Assembly: GCA_965240325.2 (NCBI GenBank)
Contig: OZ251231.1
Span: 2,480,001 to 2,544,000, forward strand
From: Rebecca billardiae RCC1528
Taxonomy: Eukaryota; Protista; Haptophyta
DNA: 64,000 nt
Reading direction: 5' to 3'
Below, piece by piece: positions 46,939-59,152 of this stretch. The notes beneath the pieces are model-generated. The model was given only the letters and a program-made list of their open reading frames with translations. It was not told the DNA's origin and searched no databases. Positions within the stretch are counted from its first letter, which is position 1; each line of letters opens with the position of its first letter. Both the position numbers and the translations under genes were made by a program.

Positions 46939-48465
46939 TCACGCGCCCCCGGCGCCAAGCTCCGTCTCGGCTCCGCCGTCGCCGCCGCCGGGCTCAGCCT
47001 GCCACGCGACCTCGCCGCCGAGGAAGGCCGCCGCCTTGAGCTGCACGCCCAGCTTGGCCGCCATCGCGCGCAGCGCCGCCTCCTGAGAGTCCGACGTGGC
47101 GAAGGAGAGCACGGCCCCCTCGCGCCCGGCGCGGCCGCACCGGCCCGCGCGGTGGACGTACCGCCGCCCGTCATCGGGCGTCTCCAGGTTGACGACGTGC
47201 GTGAGGGCGGGCACGTCCAGCCCGCGCGCGGCAATGTCGGTGCTCACGAGCGCGCGCAGCTTGCCCGTCGTGAAGCGGTGCATGACGGCGACGCGCGCCT
47301 CGCGCTCCTGCGAGGCGCGCAGCGCCATCACGTCGGGCATCCCCAGCTCCTCGAGCTTCTCCGCGACGAAGTCGGCCTCCTTCGCCGAGTTGACGAACGC
47401 GAGCACCCGCGGCTGGGGCTGCGTGCGCAGCAGCCGCGCCAGCTGCTCGATGCGCTTGGGCGCGGCCACGCGCACGAGCCCGTGCTTGATCGTGGGGGGC
47501 AGCCCGCGCGCGTCCGCCTGCCGGTGGACGCTGAGGAGGAGCGGGTCGCGCATGAGATCCGCGGCGGCCCTCGTCACGCTCGGCGCGTCGCCGGTCGCCG
47601 AGGCGAAGACGAGCTGCACCTCGCCCGTGCCGGCGTCGGCGGCGCCGCGGCGCGCGTGCCGCAGCAGCCGGCTGAGGTCGGCTGCGTGCGGGGGGCGCAG
47701 CCCCTCGTCCACCTCGTCCACGACGACGGTGCGCACGGCGGAGAGCTTGAGCTTGCGCCCGCCGGCACCGAGCGTCAGCTCGGCCAGCCGGCGCGGCGTG
47801 GCGATCACCACCTGCGGCCGCTCCCGCCGCAGCCGCTCCTCCTGCCTCGCCACGTTGACGCCGCCGACCAGCGCCAGGCTGCTGAGCGCGGTGTCGGCGA
47901 GCAGCGCCGCGCAGCAGCGCTGCGTCTGCAGCGCGAGCTCCTTGGACGGGCAGAGGACGAGGAGCTGCGCGGCGCCGCCCGAGTCGGCGGAGACGCGTGC
48001 GCTCAGCGCCGGGAGGACGAAGGCGAGAGTCTTCCCCGAGCCCGTGCTCGCGTGCAGCACGACGTCGCGACCGCTCGCGAGCGGTGCGGCCGCTGCGGCC
48101 TGCAACGCGTTGGGGCGCTCGATGCCCATCGAGGCCAGGTTGGCGCGAACGCCCGCGAGCTCGTCGCTCTCAAGCAGCCCGAGCGATTCGAACGAAGACG
48201 CCTCGGCTGCCGCCGATGCCGCGATCACTTCCACGCGTTGAACCTCCACACCAGCAGCGGCCGCGGGCGAGGGCACAGCCGCGACTGGCGGCCGAGCTGG
48301 GGCCGGGGTGCGAGCTGCCCGCGGTGGAGAGGGCCGGGCGCGCCCAGGCGGGCGCGTGGGGCGAGCCTTTGCGCCGCGCTTCGCGCCACCACCGGGCTGC
48401 GGGGCCCGAATGGCGAGCGCGAGCGCCGCGAGGGCGAGCACCACGCCGAGCCGAGAGGCCGCCAT
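46939..48465 (-). CDS. DEAD-box RNA helicase, probably plastid-targeted
   Basis: Q motif PNALQ, ASTGSGKT, PSKELA, TPRRL, DEVD, SAT, ARGLD, YVHRAGRCGR. N-terminal signal plus a basic Pro/Arg transit-like region. Confidence 0.92.
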   Translation of the reverse strand: MAASRLGVVLALAALALAIRAPQPGGGAKRGAKARPTRPPGRARPSPPRAARTPAPARPPVAAVPSPAAAAGVEVQRVEVIAASAAAEASSFESLGLLESDELAGVRANLASMGIERPNALQAAAAAPLASGRDVVLHASTGSGKTLAFVLPALSARVSADSGGAAQLLVLCPSKELALQTQRCCAALLADTALSSLALVGGVNVARQEERLRRERPQVVIATPRRLAELTLGAGGRKLKLSAVRTVVVDEVDEGLRPPHAADLSRLLRHARRGAADAGTGEVQLVFASATGDAPSVTRAAADLMRDPLLLSVHRQADARGLPPTIKHGLVRVAAPKRIEQLARLLRTQPQPRVLAFVNSAKEADFVAEKLEELGMPDVMALRASQEREARVAVMHRFTTGKLRALVSTDIAARGLDVPALTHVVNLETPDDGRRYVHRAGRCGRAGREGAVLSFATSDSQEAALRAMAAKLGVQLKAAAFLGGEVAWQAEPGGGDGGAETELGAGGA

Positions 48466-48568
48466 CACGCCGCCCACGTGACTGGGTCAACACGCCGGAC
48501 GGCAAACGGTTTCACGGCCAGAAACAACCATCAACCCTTTTGCAGAACCGCATCACGGCGCCCGGGCG

Positions 48569-49237
48569 ATGCACGCACCCGCCGGCGCGCCAGCCGCTGC
48601 TGCCAGCGCGCTGCCAAAGCGCGTCGCGCTCATCCGCCACGGCCAGGGCTGGCACAACAAGTCGTGGAGGTATGGGGGTCTCGCATGGATCGGCAATATC
48701 CTCACGACCCAGGACGTGACCCTCCGGCCCGAGGGCCAGGCGCAGGCGCGCGCGGTGCGCGAGGACATGGACGCAGAACCACAGCACGCGCTCCGCGACG
48801 TCGAGGCGGTGCTCGTGTCTCCGCTGTCGCGAACGATCGAGACTGCGACGCTCATATTCGACACGCTTCCGCGCGTGCGTTTCGCTCTGTGCCCACTCGC
48901 GTCGGAGCGCTGCCTTGCAACCTGCGACCGCGGCACACCAAAGTCCGAGCTGCTCGAGCGCTGGCCACACGTGCGCGAGTGGGAGGGCGTCGACGAGCTG
49001 GACGAAGTTTGGTGGCCCGCAGACCGAACCTTCGCGCAGGAGCTCCGGCCCGACGACCGCGCGCAGCAGCTGCTGCGCGCCCTCGCCCGCCGCCCAGAGG
49101 GCGCCGTCGCAGTGGTCGGGCACCACGGCTTCTTCCACCTGCTCACGGGGAGGCACCTCAAGAACTGCGAGGTGCTGTGGTGCACGCTGCGCGAGGGGCC
49201 GAGCGGCGCCCTCGAGCTGCTGCCAGATCCCGCCTAG
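48569..49237 (+). CDS. Histidine phosphatase / phosphoglycerate mutase family protein
   Basis: LIRHGQGWHN, VSPLSRTIETA, CDRG, VAVVGHHGF, LKNCE. Confidence 0.88.
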   Translation: MHAPAGAPAAAASALPKRVALIRHGQGWHNKSWRYGGLAWIGNILTTQDVTLRPEGQAQARAVREDMDAEPQHALRDVEAVLVSPLSRTIETATLIFDTLPRVRFALCPLASERCLATCDRGTPKSELLERWPHVREWEGVDELDEVWWPADRTFAQELRPDDRAQQLLRALARRPEGAVAVVGHHGFFHLLTGRHLKNCEVLWCTLREGPSGALELLPDPA

Positions 49238-49610
49238 CCGCTGCTGCGGGGCGGGACTCGCCGTCCGCGGCGCGCGGCGACGTTGGTGACGGCGGGCCGA
49301 GTGCTGCTAATTGTGCGCCCTGCGGGACGCGGCCAAGCGGGCTGTGCGGCCAGGGCCCCCGCCCTCACCACCAAGGGCCGCCAGCCTGCGCAGCTGGCGG
49401 CTTTAGCCGCTACTAAAATAGTACTGCATGCCCGCCCAGGCTGAGGCTGCTAAGACTGCTACGAGCTGCTGCTCGAGCAAGGGCGGTAGGCTCGAGTGAG
49501 TTATTAATTTTCGAGCAAAAACCGGCTGGCAGTAGCACAGCGCGACCTTGCGAAACGGTCGTCACTAGCTCTCCACGTCCTGACGTCCACCTCAACCCCC
49601 TGCCAGCAGG

Positions 49611-52600
49611 ATGGGCTTCGTCTTCGCGAACGAGGTGGTCCGCGAGATCGCCGAGGCGGAGCAGCTGAGCTGGCGGGCGATCGGCGAGTGGCTCGCCTCA
49701 CTCGGCGCGCTCAAGCCCGGCGCGCCCCTACCAGCCTCGCTCACCACCGGCCTCGTCTACGCGCGCGTGCTCAACGCGATCGAGCCCCGGCTGGTGCGGC
49801 TGGGCGAGGACAACCTCTCGGTCGACCTCGCGTACGCCGCGCTCAAGGCGGGCGTGGCAAAGCTCGGCGTGCAGGTGTGCGGGCAGAACCTCGCAGACGC
49901 GATCAACTGGGCCCTCGCGCCACGGTGGACGGCGCGCGACCACCTCGAGTTCTGCTCGCTGCTGCGCATGCTTGCCGGCCAGCGCACGCTCGCAGACGCG
50001 CTCGTCGGCACCGACCGCGTGCTGCTGCAGGACTTGGTGGAGGTGCGCGCGCCGTGCGGGCCCGGGCGCGCGCCTGGACCATCGGTCGCGCTCACTCCCG
50101 CTCCCCGCCCCGCGCCACACCGCCACGCCCGCCCCAGCCGGATGAGCGCAACCGACTGCTGCGCCGACGCGTGGACCAGCTGCAGGCGGCACACGGCTCA
50201 CTGCGCGAGCAGTGCGACATGTGCGCGCGCGCGGCGTGCAAGAGCGGCGATGCGCGCGAGATGGCGAGCTGCGCGCCCGGCGCTGCATCGGCGCGCGCGC
50301 ACGCACACGCGCCGCCGCGCCCTTGTCCCTCACGCGCTGCGCCGCGCACCGCGCGCGCCCGTGCGCGCGGCAGGCTGCACGACGAGCTGCTGCGCGAGAA
50401 GGAGGCGACAGGCCACCTGCACCAGATACTGCGCGCGTGCGCGATCGAGCGCGAGACGCAGCTGCTGCGGTACGAGGCGCTCATCTCCGCCTTCTCCGCG
50501 CACGACGCCGCGCGCACGGGCGAGCTGGACGTGGAGGGAGCGGCGGACGCGCTCGCTGAGCTCGGGATGGCGGCCGATGCGCCGAGCGTGCGCACGCGTC
50601 TGGGCGTGCGAGGCTCGCGCGAGGCGCCGCTCGTCACGTTCTCGCGCTTCGCGAGCCTGGCCTCCGCGCTGTGGGCGGACACGGCGCGCAGCCGCGCCGC
50701 GCGCGAGGAGGCGGTGGAGGCGGTGCGCAGCTCGTTCGAGGCCGTGGACGGAGGCACCGGGCTGGTCGGCGCGGCCGAGCTTGGCGGCGTGCTCAGCGCG
50801 GCCGGGCTGCAGGCGAGCGCGGCCGAGATCCGACGCGTGGCGGCCGAGCTGCACGTGGGCACGCGCGTCGATCTCTTCGGCGCGATGCGCGTCTGGGACG
50901 AGTGCGTCGCGCGCGGCAGCCCCGCCACACCGTCGCCGCTGCCCGCTCGCACCGAGACGGCGGACCGCACCGCCGCTCTGCGCGAGGCCTTCAGCCGATA
51001 CGACGCGGACCGCAGCGGCGCCATCAGCGCGGACGAGCTCGCGCACGCGTTCCGCGCGGCGGGCCTGCCGCACGACCCGGCGACCGTGCGCTCCGTGCTC
51101 GCGCGCGCCGATCGTGACGGCTCGGGCTCCATCGACTTTGCAGAATTCCGCAGGCTGGCGCGCGCGATGGAGGCGGAGCGCGCGCCGCCGACGCCGGCGC
51201 GCACCGCTCGCGGCGCGGACGCGCGCACGGCGGCGCTGCGCGAGGCGTTCGACAAGTACGACAGGGACCGCGGCGGCACGATCAGCCGGCGTGAGCTCGA
51301 GCAGGCGTACAAGGCCGCCGGGTACAAGCACGACGCCGCATCGATCGACCGCGTCTTCGCCTCGGCCGACCGCGACGGCTCGGGCTCGATCGACTTTGCA
51401 GAGTTCTGCCGGCTGGCCGAGCAGCTCGAGGGGAAGGGGGCCGGGCAGACGCGCGCCACGGCCGGCGTGCGCGGCGCGCGCGCGGCCGCGGCCCCGCCGG
51501 ACAACGAGCGCACGGCGGCGCTGCGCCGCGCGTTTGATCAGTACGACAGCGATCGCAGCGGCAGCATCAGCCGGCTCGAGCTGGCGCAGGCGCTGCGTGC
51601 GGCCAACATGCAGTACGACAAGGCGACACTCGACCGCGTGTTCGCCTCGGCCGACCGCGATGGCTCCGGATCGATCGACTTCCCGGAGTTTGTGAAGCTG
51701 GCGGACGAGCTGGCTCGGCAGCAGACGGCTGGCCAGGGCGGCGCTTCGACGTCTGCCGCGCCCCCTGCCCGCACGGCTCAGGCAGCGGACGACGAGCGCA
51801 CGGCGGCGCTGCGCCGCGCGTTTGATCAGTACGACAGCGACCGCAGCGGCAGCATCAGCCGGCTCGAGCTGGCGCAGGCGCTGCGTGCGGCCAACATGCA
51901 GTACGACAAGGCGACACTCGACCGCGTGTTCGCCTCGGCTGACGGCGATGGCTCCGGATCGATCGACTTTGCCGAGTTCCGCCGGTTGGCGGACGAGCTC
52001 TCCAGGCAGCAGACGGCCGGCCAGGCTGGCGGCACAGCGCCCGCTCACACTCCCGCCGCGTCGGGCGCGGCGCGGGCCTCGCAGCCAGCCGCAGCGGCGG
52101 CCCCGCCGGACAACGAGCGCACGGCGGCGCTTCGCCGCGCGTTCGAGCAGTACGACAGCGACCGCAGCGGCAGCATCAGCCGGCTCGAGCTGGCGCAGGC
52201 GCTGCGTGCGGCCAACATGCAGTACGACAAGGCGACACTCGACCGCGTGTTCGCCTCGGCCGACCGCGATGGCTCCGGATCGATCGACTTCCCGGAGTTT
52301 GTGAAGCTGGCGGACGAGCTGGCTCGGCAGCAGACGGCTGGCCGCACTGGAACCACCTCCACGCCGACGCCCACCACGTCGAATACCGCGCGGCCCTTGC
52401 AGCCGGCCGCAGCGGCGGCCCCGCCGGACAACGAGCGCACGGCGGCGCTTCGCCGCGCGTTTGAGCAGTACGACAGCGACCGCAGCGGCAGCATCAGCCG
52501 GCTCGAGCTGGCGCAGGCGCTGCGTGCGGCCAACATGCAGTATGACAAGGCGACACTCGACCGCGTGTTCGCCTCGGCCGACCGCGATGGCTCGGGCTCC

Positions 52601-53014
52601 ATCGACTTCCCCGAGTTTGTCAAGCTGTCAGAGTCGCTGGCCAGTGCAGCCAAAACGGCGCCCGCACCCACGCTGGCACCCGCCGCCTCGGCAGCGCCGG
52701 CGGATGGTGTGCCATCGGCCTCCGCAACGGGTCCGGCGACGTCCTCTGCGACGCAGCGCCCGGCCCCGCCGCCCGGCAGCTCCGTCGAGGACTCGCGCAT
52801 CGCTGGGCTGCGCGCCGCGTTCCGGCGATACGACAAGGACGGCAGCGGCAGCATCAGCAAGGCCGAGCTGTCGGAGGCGTTCCGAGCGGCGGGCATGCCG
52901 TTTGACGCGGCGGTGATCTCGGACACGCTGGACAAGGCCGACCTGAACAAGGACGGCAGCATCGACTTTGACGAGTTTGTCCACCTTGCGGACATGACTG
53001 CTGCCAAGAAGTAG
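49611..53014 (+). CDS. EB1-like calponin-homology domain + coiled coil + multiple EF-hand pairs; introns 50043-50137 and 50221-50373
   Basis: Splicing gives DLVE|PDERNRLL...QCDM|LHDELL. There are seven canonical EF-hand pairs (e.g. DSDRSGSISRLE / DRDGSGSIDFPE) plus two degenerate units. The N-terminus LTTGLVYARVLNAIEP...KLGV...DHLEF resembles the EB1/MAPRE CH domain. Confidence 0.8.
51499..52627 (+). repeat. Four near-identical internal DNA repeats encoding EF-hand pairs
   Basis: The unit gagcgcacggcggcgct...cagtacgacagcga...atcgactt recurs near 51500, 51790, 52110 and 52430, separated by divergent Ala/Pro/Thr linkers. Confidence 0.9.
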
Positions 53015-55093
53015 CGGCCGCTGCAGTGCAGCTCGCTGCTGAGCCCTGGCTTCAACATGTGCGACCGCAGCTTCTCCCGCGCGCTCGCCGACAGCGTGCA
53101 CAAGCTGCTCCGCAGTGATCGGAGTGTGTTCAACACGGGTGGCCGATGTGATGCAGGCTTACGCGCTGTACCCGTAACCCGCGCGGCAAGCTCGCAGAGA
53201 TGTGGGATTACAAGTCGTCGCATGCCATGCGCAAGGTCGCCGCCGACTCGGCCGTGGACGCGGCGGCATCGACTACTGCTACAAACGGCAACGCTGCTGA
53301 GCCGTGACTCGTGAGCGCCGCCGCAGGGCCGATAGGGCGACGCGGCCGCCAACCTGGTAAGCAGGTAAGTAGGCTCGCTCAGACGGCCATCCGCTCGGTA
53401 CAGCTTACTCGGCGGTGCCGCCGTTGACGGCGTCTTATTAGGACCTGCCCATCACATAATATATATATATATATATATGTCTAGCCGTCCTCGTGAACGC
53501 CGACGCCAACTGCTGGCCGAAGGTGGGCACGCCGCCTGGCATGTCGATGCCGAGGCGGCTGCGTGTGTTCCTATACTCGTCAGTGGGATTTACGTGTCCT
53601 CATGCCTTGGCGAGCGGCAGCAGATGCGGTGGGCATGCCGCTCGCCGTCGACGAGACGCGGTGCGTGAGTGATCCCGCGCGGACGTCCGCTGACGGAAGG
53701 CTGAGCGCCTGCGGACGGCGTCGACTGAACCTCCACCTGACCGCCCGGGCGCAGCACTGCTGGGGACCTAACCTGAAAAACCCAATCGTGTTGGGAGGCA
53801 GGGGGTCACATGAGCCCTATAAGTGCAGCGCCGCAAGACCGGGCGGTCGGACGGCGGGTGTTGTGATCCCGCCGCCCGAGCACCAGACCAACTCGGGCCC
53901 TGGGTGGGCGGGTCGCCGAAAGATGTTGGTCGGTGCACGCGACGCGCCACCCGCGTGCGAGCCGCCGCCGCCGGCGACGCAGGACGAGCTTGGCTGGAGC
54001 CATCTCGCACGCCGCGCCTGGCGAAGCAGGCGGCAGAGGCCGGCGCCGGAAACCGATCTCCTGGGCGGCAGAACAACCCGGACAGACTGTTTGTCCGGGA
54101 GCAGCGCCCTTTGATGAGGCGATGGTCTGGTCTAGCTAAGGGCGATGTGGCTGATGAGCGGCGCTGGCGCCCGGCGTTCTTGTCGTCCTCTTAGACAATC
54201 AGTTATTGTACCAATAACCCCACATATATAGAGTCGGATATCCCACTGCGATCCTATCCCATAGTCTGACTTCCGAATCCTATGCGGCATAGCCATATAG
54301 TTAACGCCATAGGCCGGGCATAGGATACTGCATAGGATACAGTGGCCCCAACGGGACGACTCAGCAGACGACAATACGACATTTTCTCATGTTGCCGAAT
54401 GGTACGACTGCACCTAGGGGTCGGTAGCAGTGTCGCCACCATCCGCCAGAGCGAGCAAGCTTGCTGTGATTTTCGACCACCACCGCATGTTTTGGGCTCC
54501 ACGGATGGAGCGCGTGAAGCCGTCGCGGGGCGTTGCCGCCTTGCGACTCCACGGCGGCAACGCCGACCGACATGTGGCACTTGTAGATGACACCCAGCTT
54601 GATGCTCACACATCGTGGTTCACTGTGTTCGACCGGAGCCGTACGAGGTTCAATCACAATGCGTTTTGGTCCTCGCCAAGCATGGCATTGTACGTCACGC
54701 CGGGGCTGCGCGCGCAAGCCGCTGCGGTCGCTCGCGTCGTCAGGTGGTTGCGATCGAGCATCGGCGCGCATGTAGAGCAAGCCTCGGAGGTAGCCGGAAC
54801 ATCTTGCCATGTCGCGTGCGTGGATGGTATCGCACCTGTAGACACGCCATGCGTGTGCCGCAGTCGATTTACGCGACGCTCGACCCGCACGCTCTTGGAT
54901 TCGTGGGCTCATGGTCCACTGCCACTGCTGCAAGCCGTTCACCAATATTGAATATGGCCCCCCTTTATTCCTTTGATGGTACCACGACAGACGAATCAAA
55001 AACTCTGCCCTGGCGGGCGGGGGGGTCGGCGGGCCGTGCCAGTGCTGTCGCAATATTTCCCCAGCGGGTACGCGCCTTTTATTTATAGCGGTT

Positions 55094-56176
55094 TCATGAC
55101 GGGCAGGATGACGAATAACAATCGGCGACACACAGATGATGATGGTGAGCTACCTGACTCACTGACGAATAATAACGCGACAGATGACTCTGATGATCTC
55201 GCAGCACCGCCGCCTGCCACTCAGCCTCGAGCGCGGCGGCGGCGACGCCGCGGCCGGAGCGCACGTACGCGTCGCGCGCGGCCTCGCCCACGGAGTCGGC
55301 GAGCGACTGCATCAGGGCCTCGTGCACGTCCACGTCCGCTGGGATCTGCACGAAGCCCGCGACCTCGTCGGCGTCCACCTCGGCGTCGTCGCCGGCGCGC
55401 GTCCAGAGCGCAAAGATGTCGGCCACCTTCTCCCACGCGTACACGCCCGCGCCCATGAGCAAGGTCCACACCCACGAGGGAACGTGCAGCACGCGGGGCG
55501 GGACGGGCAGCCCGTGGCTTCGCGCGAGCTCGCGTACGCGCTGCATGTGCCGCATCTCGACCGCGATGACGTAGTCGAGCGCCTCGCCGCCGACGAATCC
55601 GCCAGAGGAGATCGTGAGCATCTCCTCGTGTCGCCAGCTGAGATCGTGTGTCGCCAGGATGCCAATGTCCGCTCCGGGCACGATGGGCTCGGCGAAGGTC
55701 GCGTCGGCGTCGTGCACGGCCGCCACGCTGCGCAACAGCGCGTCCAGGTCCAAGCGCTCGTCGGCGCTCGCCGCTCCGCGCGACAGGTCCGGCACTCGCA
55801 CGTGCGGCGGTATCAGGAGCTGTTGGCGGTGTACGCGCGCGCAGTGCGAGAGCGTGTGCCACTCGCGATCGACGGTGGGCACGCGCTGCTCGAGCAGGCA
55901 CACGAGGCGCAGCGCATGTGCCACTGGCTTCACGACGTCGGCCTCGTCCCGCAGCGCCCGTGCCATGGGCAAGGATGGTGCGGCGATCTTGCACGCGCGA
56001 CGTTTCAGCTCGTCGCGAATGCGCCCCTGGGATCGGTGATAGCGCGCTGTCGCCTCAGTCGCCGACTCGCGAAGACGCGGTTCCTGCCACGGCGGCAGAC
56101 CCGGCAGGTGCGTGCGGTGCGCGTCGTACGCCGCTTCGCGCTGCCCCTCCGTCGCATTGGCCACCGTCGACGCCAT
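55094..56176 (-). pseudogene. Degenerate Ulp1/C48 protease-like ORF, probably transposon-borne
   Basis: MLTISSGGFVGGEALDYVI...RVLHVPSWVWTLLMGAGVYAWEKV...WTR resembles the Ulp1 N-part (L.....WL.DE.I..Y...F.SFF..L...Y..V.RWT). No intact HW or Q..DCG catalytic motifs are seen. Confidence 0.4.
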
Positions 56177-56990
56177 GCAGGCCGGACGTGGGTCCTCGAG
56201 CGCCAAGCGATCCTTGGCCGCGAGCTCGCGAGCGTGAAAGATGAAAGATGATCGCTCGCTCTGGAACGCCACCGACCGTAGCAAACGGATTTGCATGCGC
56301 CCGACCTTGCCAACCGGGGCACGCGACGACAGTCCGGTGTGTGCATTCCGGTTATGGTGTTCAGAAGGTTGCGCCAAAGCTTGCGTCGCGTGCGATGGCG
56401 CTTCCCGCCCGCGAGACGCCTCGTGATGAATGCGTTTCCGCACCGAGCCCGACGCGCGACGGTGGATCGTGCGAGGTGGTTGTCTTGCGCAGCGCATGAT
56501 GCTATGGCCCGTGCGAGCGCTCGACGTGCACGTCGGGCGAGGATCGCCCCAGGTCGCACGATCGTGTCGACGCGCCGAGCGTACCGCTCCAACGCGTCGA
56601 TTTAGCCCCCGTTCGACCTGCACGCGAGACGACGAGGGCAGCAATCGCGAATCGGGCGAAAACACCGTTCGGGAATCCCCTCACGATGTCCGCGCTGGCG
56701 TTGGATTTGGCGCGCGCCGCCCACGCGCTCCGCGCCAGGCCGCAGATGGTTTTCGGCCGAGCGTCCCCAGTGGGAGCTGCGAGGGCGCCCGGTAGTGAGC
56801 GAAGCGACCTGGCAGTGAGCGAGGCGATTTTCTTTTCTCTGCGAGGCGATTTTCTTTTTTCTTTTCTTTTTCTTATCTTTTTCCCGGGCACTACAAGGGG
56901 CGGACCTACGGCCCGCCATACAGTAACTTGAAACTGTTTGCATGTCGCGCGCCTGCCGTGAACCCCTTCAGCGTCATTGTTGACATCAGC

Positions 56991-58547
56991 ATGGCGACAC
57001 GCTCCTCTCAACTCCGCGGCCTTTCCGCAGTGGCCGTATTGGTGGCTGCTCAGACGCTGAGCAGCAGCGTAAACGGGCAGACGCTGGGCGTCGCGCCCGG
57101 CCGCTCGGATGATTGCGCTCCGAGATGGGGGTCGAATGCGATGCGGTGCGGCGTTGTCCTGCTGCGCCACGTCCCCAAGACGGCCGGCACGCTGATGCGC
57201 AAGCAGTTCAGCGACCAACGTGGTGGGAACGCGCGCCGGTGCGGCTGGGGCAACCGCTTTCGGCCGCCGGGGACTTCGATGACAGCGTTGATCGCTCGTG
57301 CGGGTGTGCGCCCCATCAGGACCACGCGCGTCTACGAGCTGCTCGGGCCCAACGCGAGTGCACTCGCACCCAACAGCTTTCCCTTCCACTGGCTCGAGGT
57401 GCACCGGGCCGTGTTCGAGCGATACCGCGCGGTGAGGGATGCGTTCGTGCCGCTCTCGGCGTGGTGGCCAAAGTGCACTTTCGTCGTTGTCGCCGTCGTT
57501 CGCGAGCCGTACACCTGGGCCGTGGCGTTCTGGTCCTTCTTCAGGCGGCGCGAGGAGCCCTCGTGGCTGCATGACCGCCTGCCGTGCATGGCCAGCCGGC
57601 AGCTGCGCGCTAAGGCCAACGGCAAGGACCTGCACAGGTGCTTCTTGCAGGTTGAATTTGTCTTTCCAGAGGTCACCCCAGTGCGCGCTCACCGCAGCCT
57701 GACGCCCTCGGAAGTGCGCGGCCTCGTCGACATGCGCACGCACCGCGTCTTCGTCGGCGTGCTCGAGCGACTGACGCAAACGCTTGCTGTGACCGCGTCG
57801 ATGTTCGGGCTGCCCGTCGGCCCGATGATCGGCAGCATCCGTCCCAGCAGCCAATCGCCGGCGCATAGCATTACCAGCATCGTCGCCGCGCTGGCTGCTG
57901 AACCCAACGCCAGCGGGCACGGTCCCACGGAGGAGGAGGCGCCGGGACGAGGCTTGCACGAGTTCAATGTTGCGCTCGCCGCGCGCACCCGTCCTGGCCC
58001 GCGCCAGCTCGTGGAAGCGGACCGGTTGGACGTGCTTAAGCAGCACGAGCACGAATTGGCGGGAAACCTGACGGCGTGGTGGCCTCGCATACACGAGGCG
58101 CTTGCTGACGACTACCTTCTCCACGCCGAGGCGACGCGCATGCTCGACGAGCTCACCGTGAGCGAGGCGAAGCGCACCCCCTGCTTTGCGCCGACCGGCA
58201 TCGCGCCTGACGATTACGCGGCTCGGCTGCGAGATCCGTTCAGCAAGAGCTTGCCCAGCCGCGTGCCAACGCTGGACGCAGTGCGACAGCATCTCATGGA
58301 CGAGGACCGCGCGTACTGCGCACGCACGAAGCGGATGGCTACGGAGCGCGAGCGCTGCGAGGACGTCGCGCCGTCGCGCAACGAGGCGCACGCACTCGGC
58401 GCTGGCCGCACCCTCTCACGCCAGGCGGTGGCCTCCATGGACCTGGGGACAGAGGCGGAGGACATTCGCTACAACGGTTCGCGACGAGCTGCACTGGAGC
58501 CGTCGTGGAAGGAGACGAGCAAGTACATCTTTCGCCGTTGCCAATAA
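56991..58547 (+). CDS. Sulfotransferase-like protein 2
   Basis: VLLRHVPKTAGT (5'-PSB-like), VVREPYTWAVAFWSF (3'-PB-like), FVGVLERLTQTL. Hydrophobic N-terminal segment. Confidence 0.62.
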   Translation: MATRSSQLRGLSAVAVLVAAQTLSSSVNGQTLGVAPGRSDDCAPRWGSNAMRCGVVLLRHVPKTAGTLMRKQFSDQRGGNARRCGWGNRFRPPGTSMTALIARAGVRPIRTTRVYELLGPNASALAPNSFPFHWLEVHRAVFERYRAVRDAFVPLSAWWPKCTFVVVAVVREPYTWAVAFWSFFRRREEPSWLHDRLPCMASRQLRAKANGKDLHRCFLQVEFVFPEVTPVRAHRSLTPSEVRGLVDMRTHRVFVGVLERLTQTLAVTASMFGLPVGPMIGSIRPSSQSPAHSITSIVAALAAEPNASGHGPTEEEAPGRGLHEFNVALAARTRPGPRQLVEADRLDVLKQHEHELAGNLTAWWPRIHEALADDYLLHAEATRMLDELTVSEAKRTPCFAPTGIAPDDYAARLRDPFSKSLPSRVPTLDAVRQHLMDEDRAYCARTKRMATERERCEDVAPSRNEAHALGAGRTLSRQAVASMDLGTEAEDIRYNGSRRAALEPSWKETSKYIFRRCQ

Positions 58548-58574
58548 CGCGCGCGCTAGCGCGCGCAGTATTAT

Positions 58575-58649
58575 ATGACCGCGTTCCGCGGTCCTTTTCC
58601 GTAGAACGAACGTAGTTCGGGGCCCGCGGTGGCGGTGCACCCTCCGTCG
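58575..58649. repeat. Dispersed direct repeat (other copy 60580-60648)
   Basis: atgaccgcgttccgcggtcct..ccgtagaac.aacgta..gtt.ggggcccgcggtg..cctccgtcg is present at both sites. Confidence 0.85.
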
Positions 58650-59152
58650 CAGTCGTCTATTGACAGACCAGCCAGTTGCATGCCCGTACAACTAGACTCC
58701 AGCGGCGCGCCGCTGCGCCCCGGCGCCGGCGCCGCGGGCGCGGGCCCATCGCAGCCGCCGGCGCGGCGCCCGGATTGTGTACAGGCGGATGCGACGAGGC
58801 GTGATCGACGAATGAGCGCGACTCCACGTGCACGCCAGGCCACGTGGAGCTGACAGCCAGGGAACACTGTGCGGGGCCGCGGATTCGTTCGGGCCGCTGC
58901 TGCTGACCGCGCTGTCTGTCGTCACACCGCGCCGCGGCAGCAGCCAGGAGTAGTCAGTAGATGATTTGCACTGGTCCGAGTAGGGTTCGACCAGCGCCTG
59001 CGCGACGGCCGACAGGCGGGCGCGAGGCGTGATCGACGCATGAGCGCAACTCTATCTACGCGGAGCTGACAGCCAGAGGGAGCACTGTGTGTGCCGAGGT
59101 GCGAGGGCACCGGTGATCGTTATTTCGCGCGCCGCGCGTGCACTGCACGGGG

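Noticed and set aside
46822-49416. Long antisense or alternative-frame ORFs (e.g. 864 aa here, 24056-26263, 11396-13474, 4346-6364)
   Set aside because: They are Arg/Ala/Gly-rich shadows of real genes caused by high GC3 and carry no motifs.
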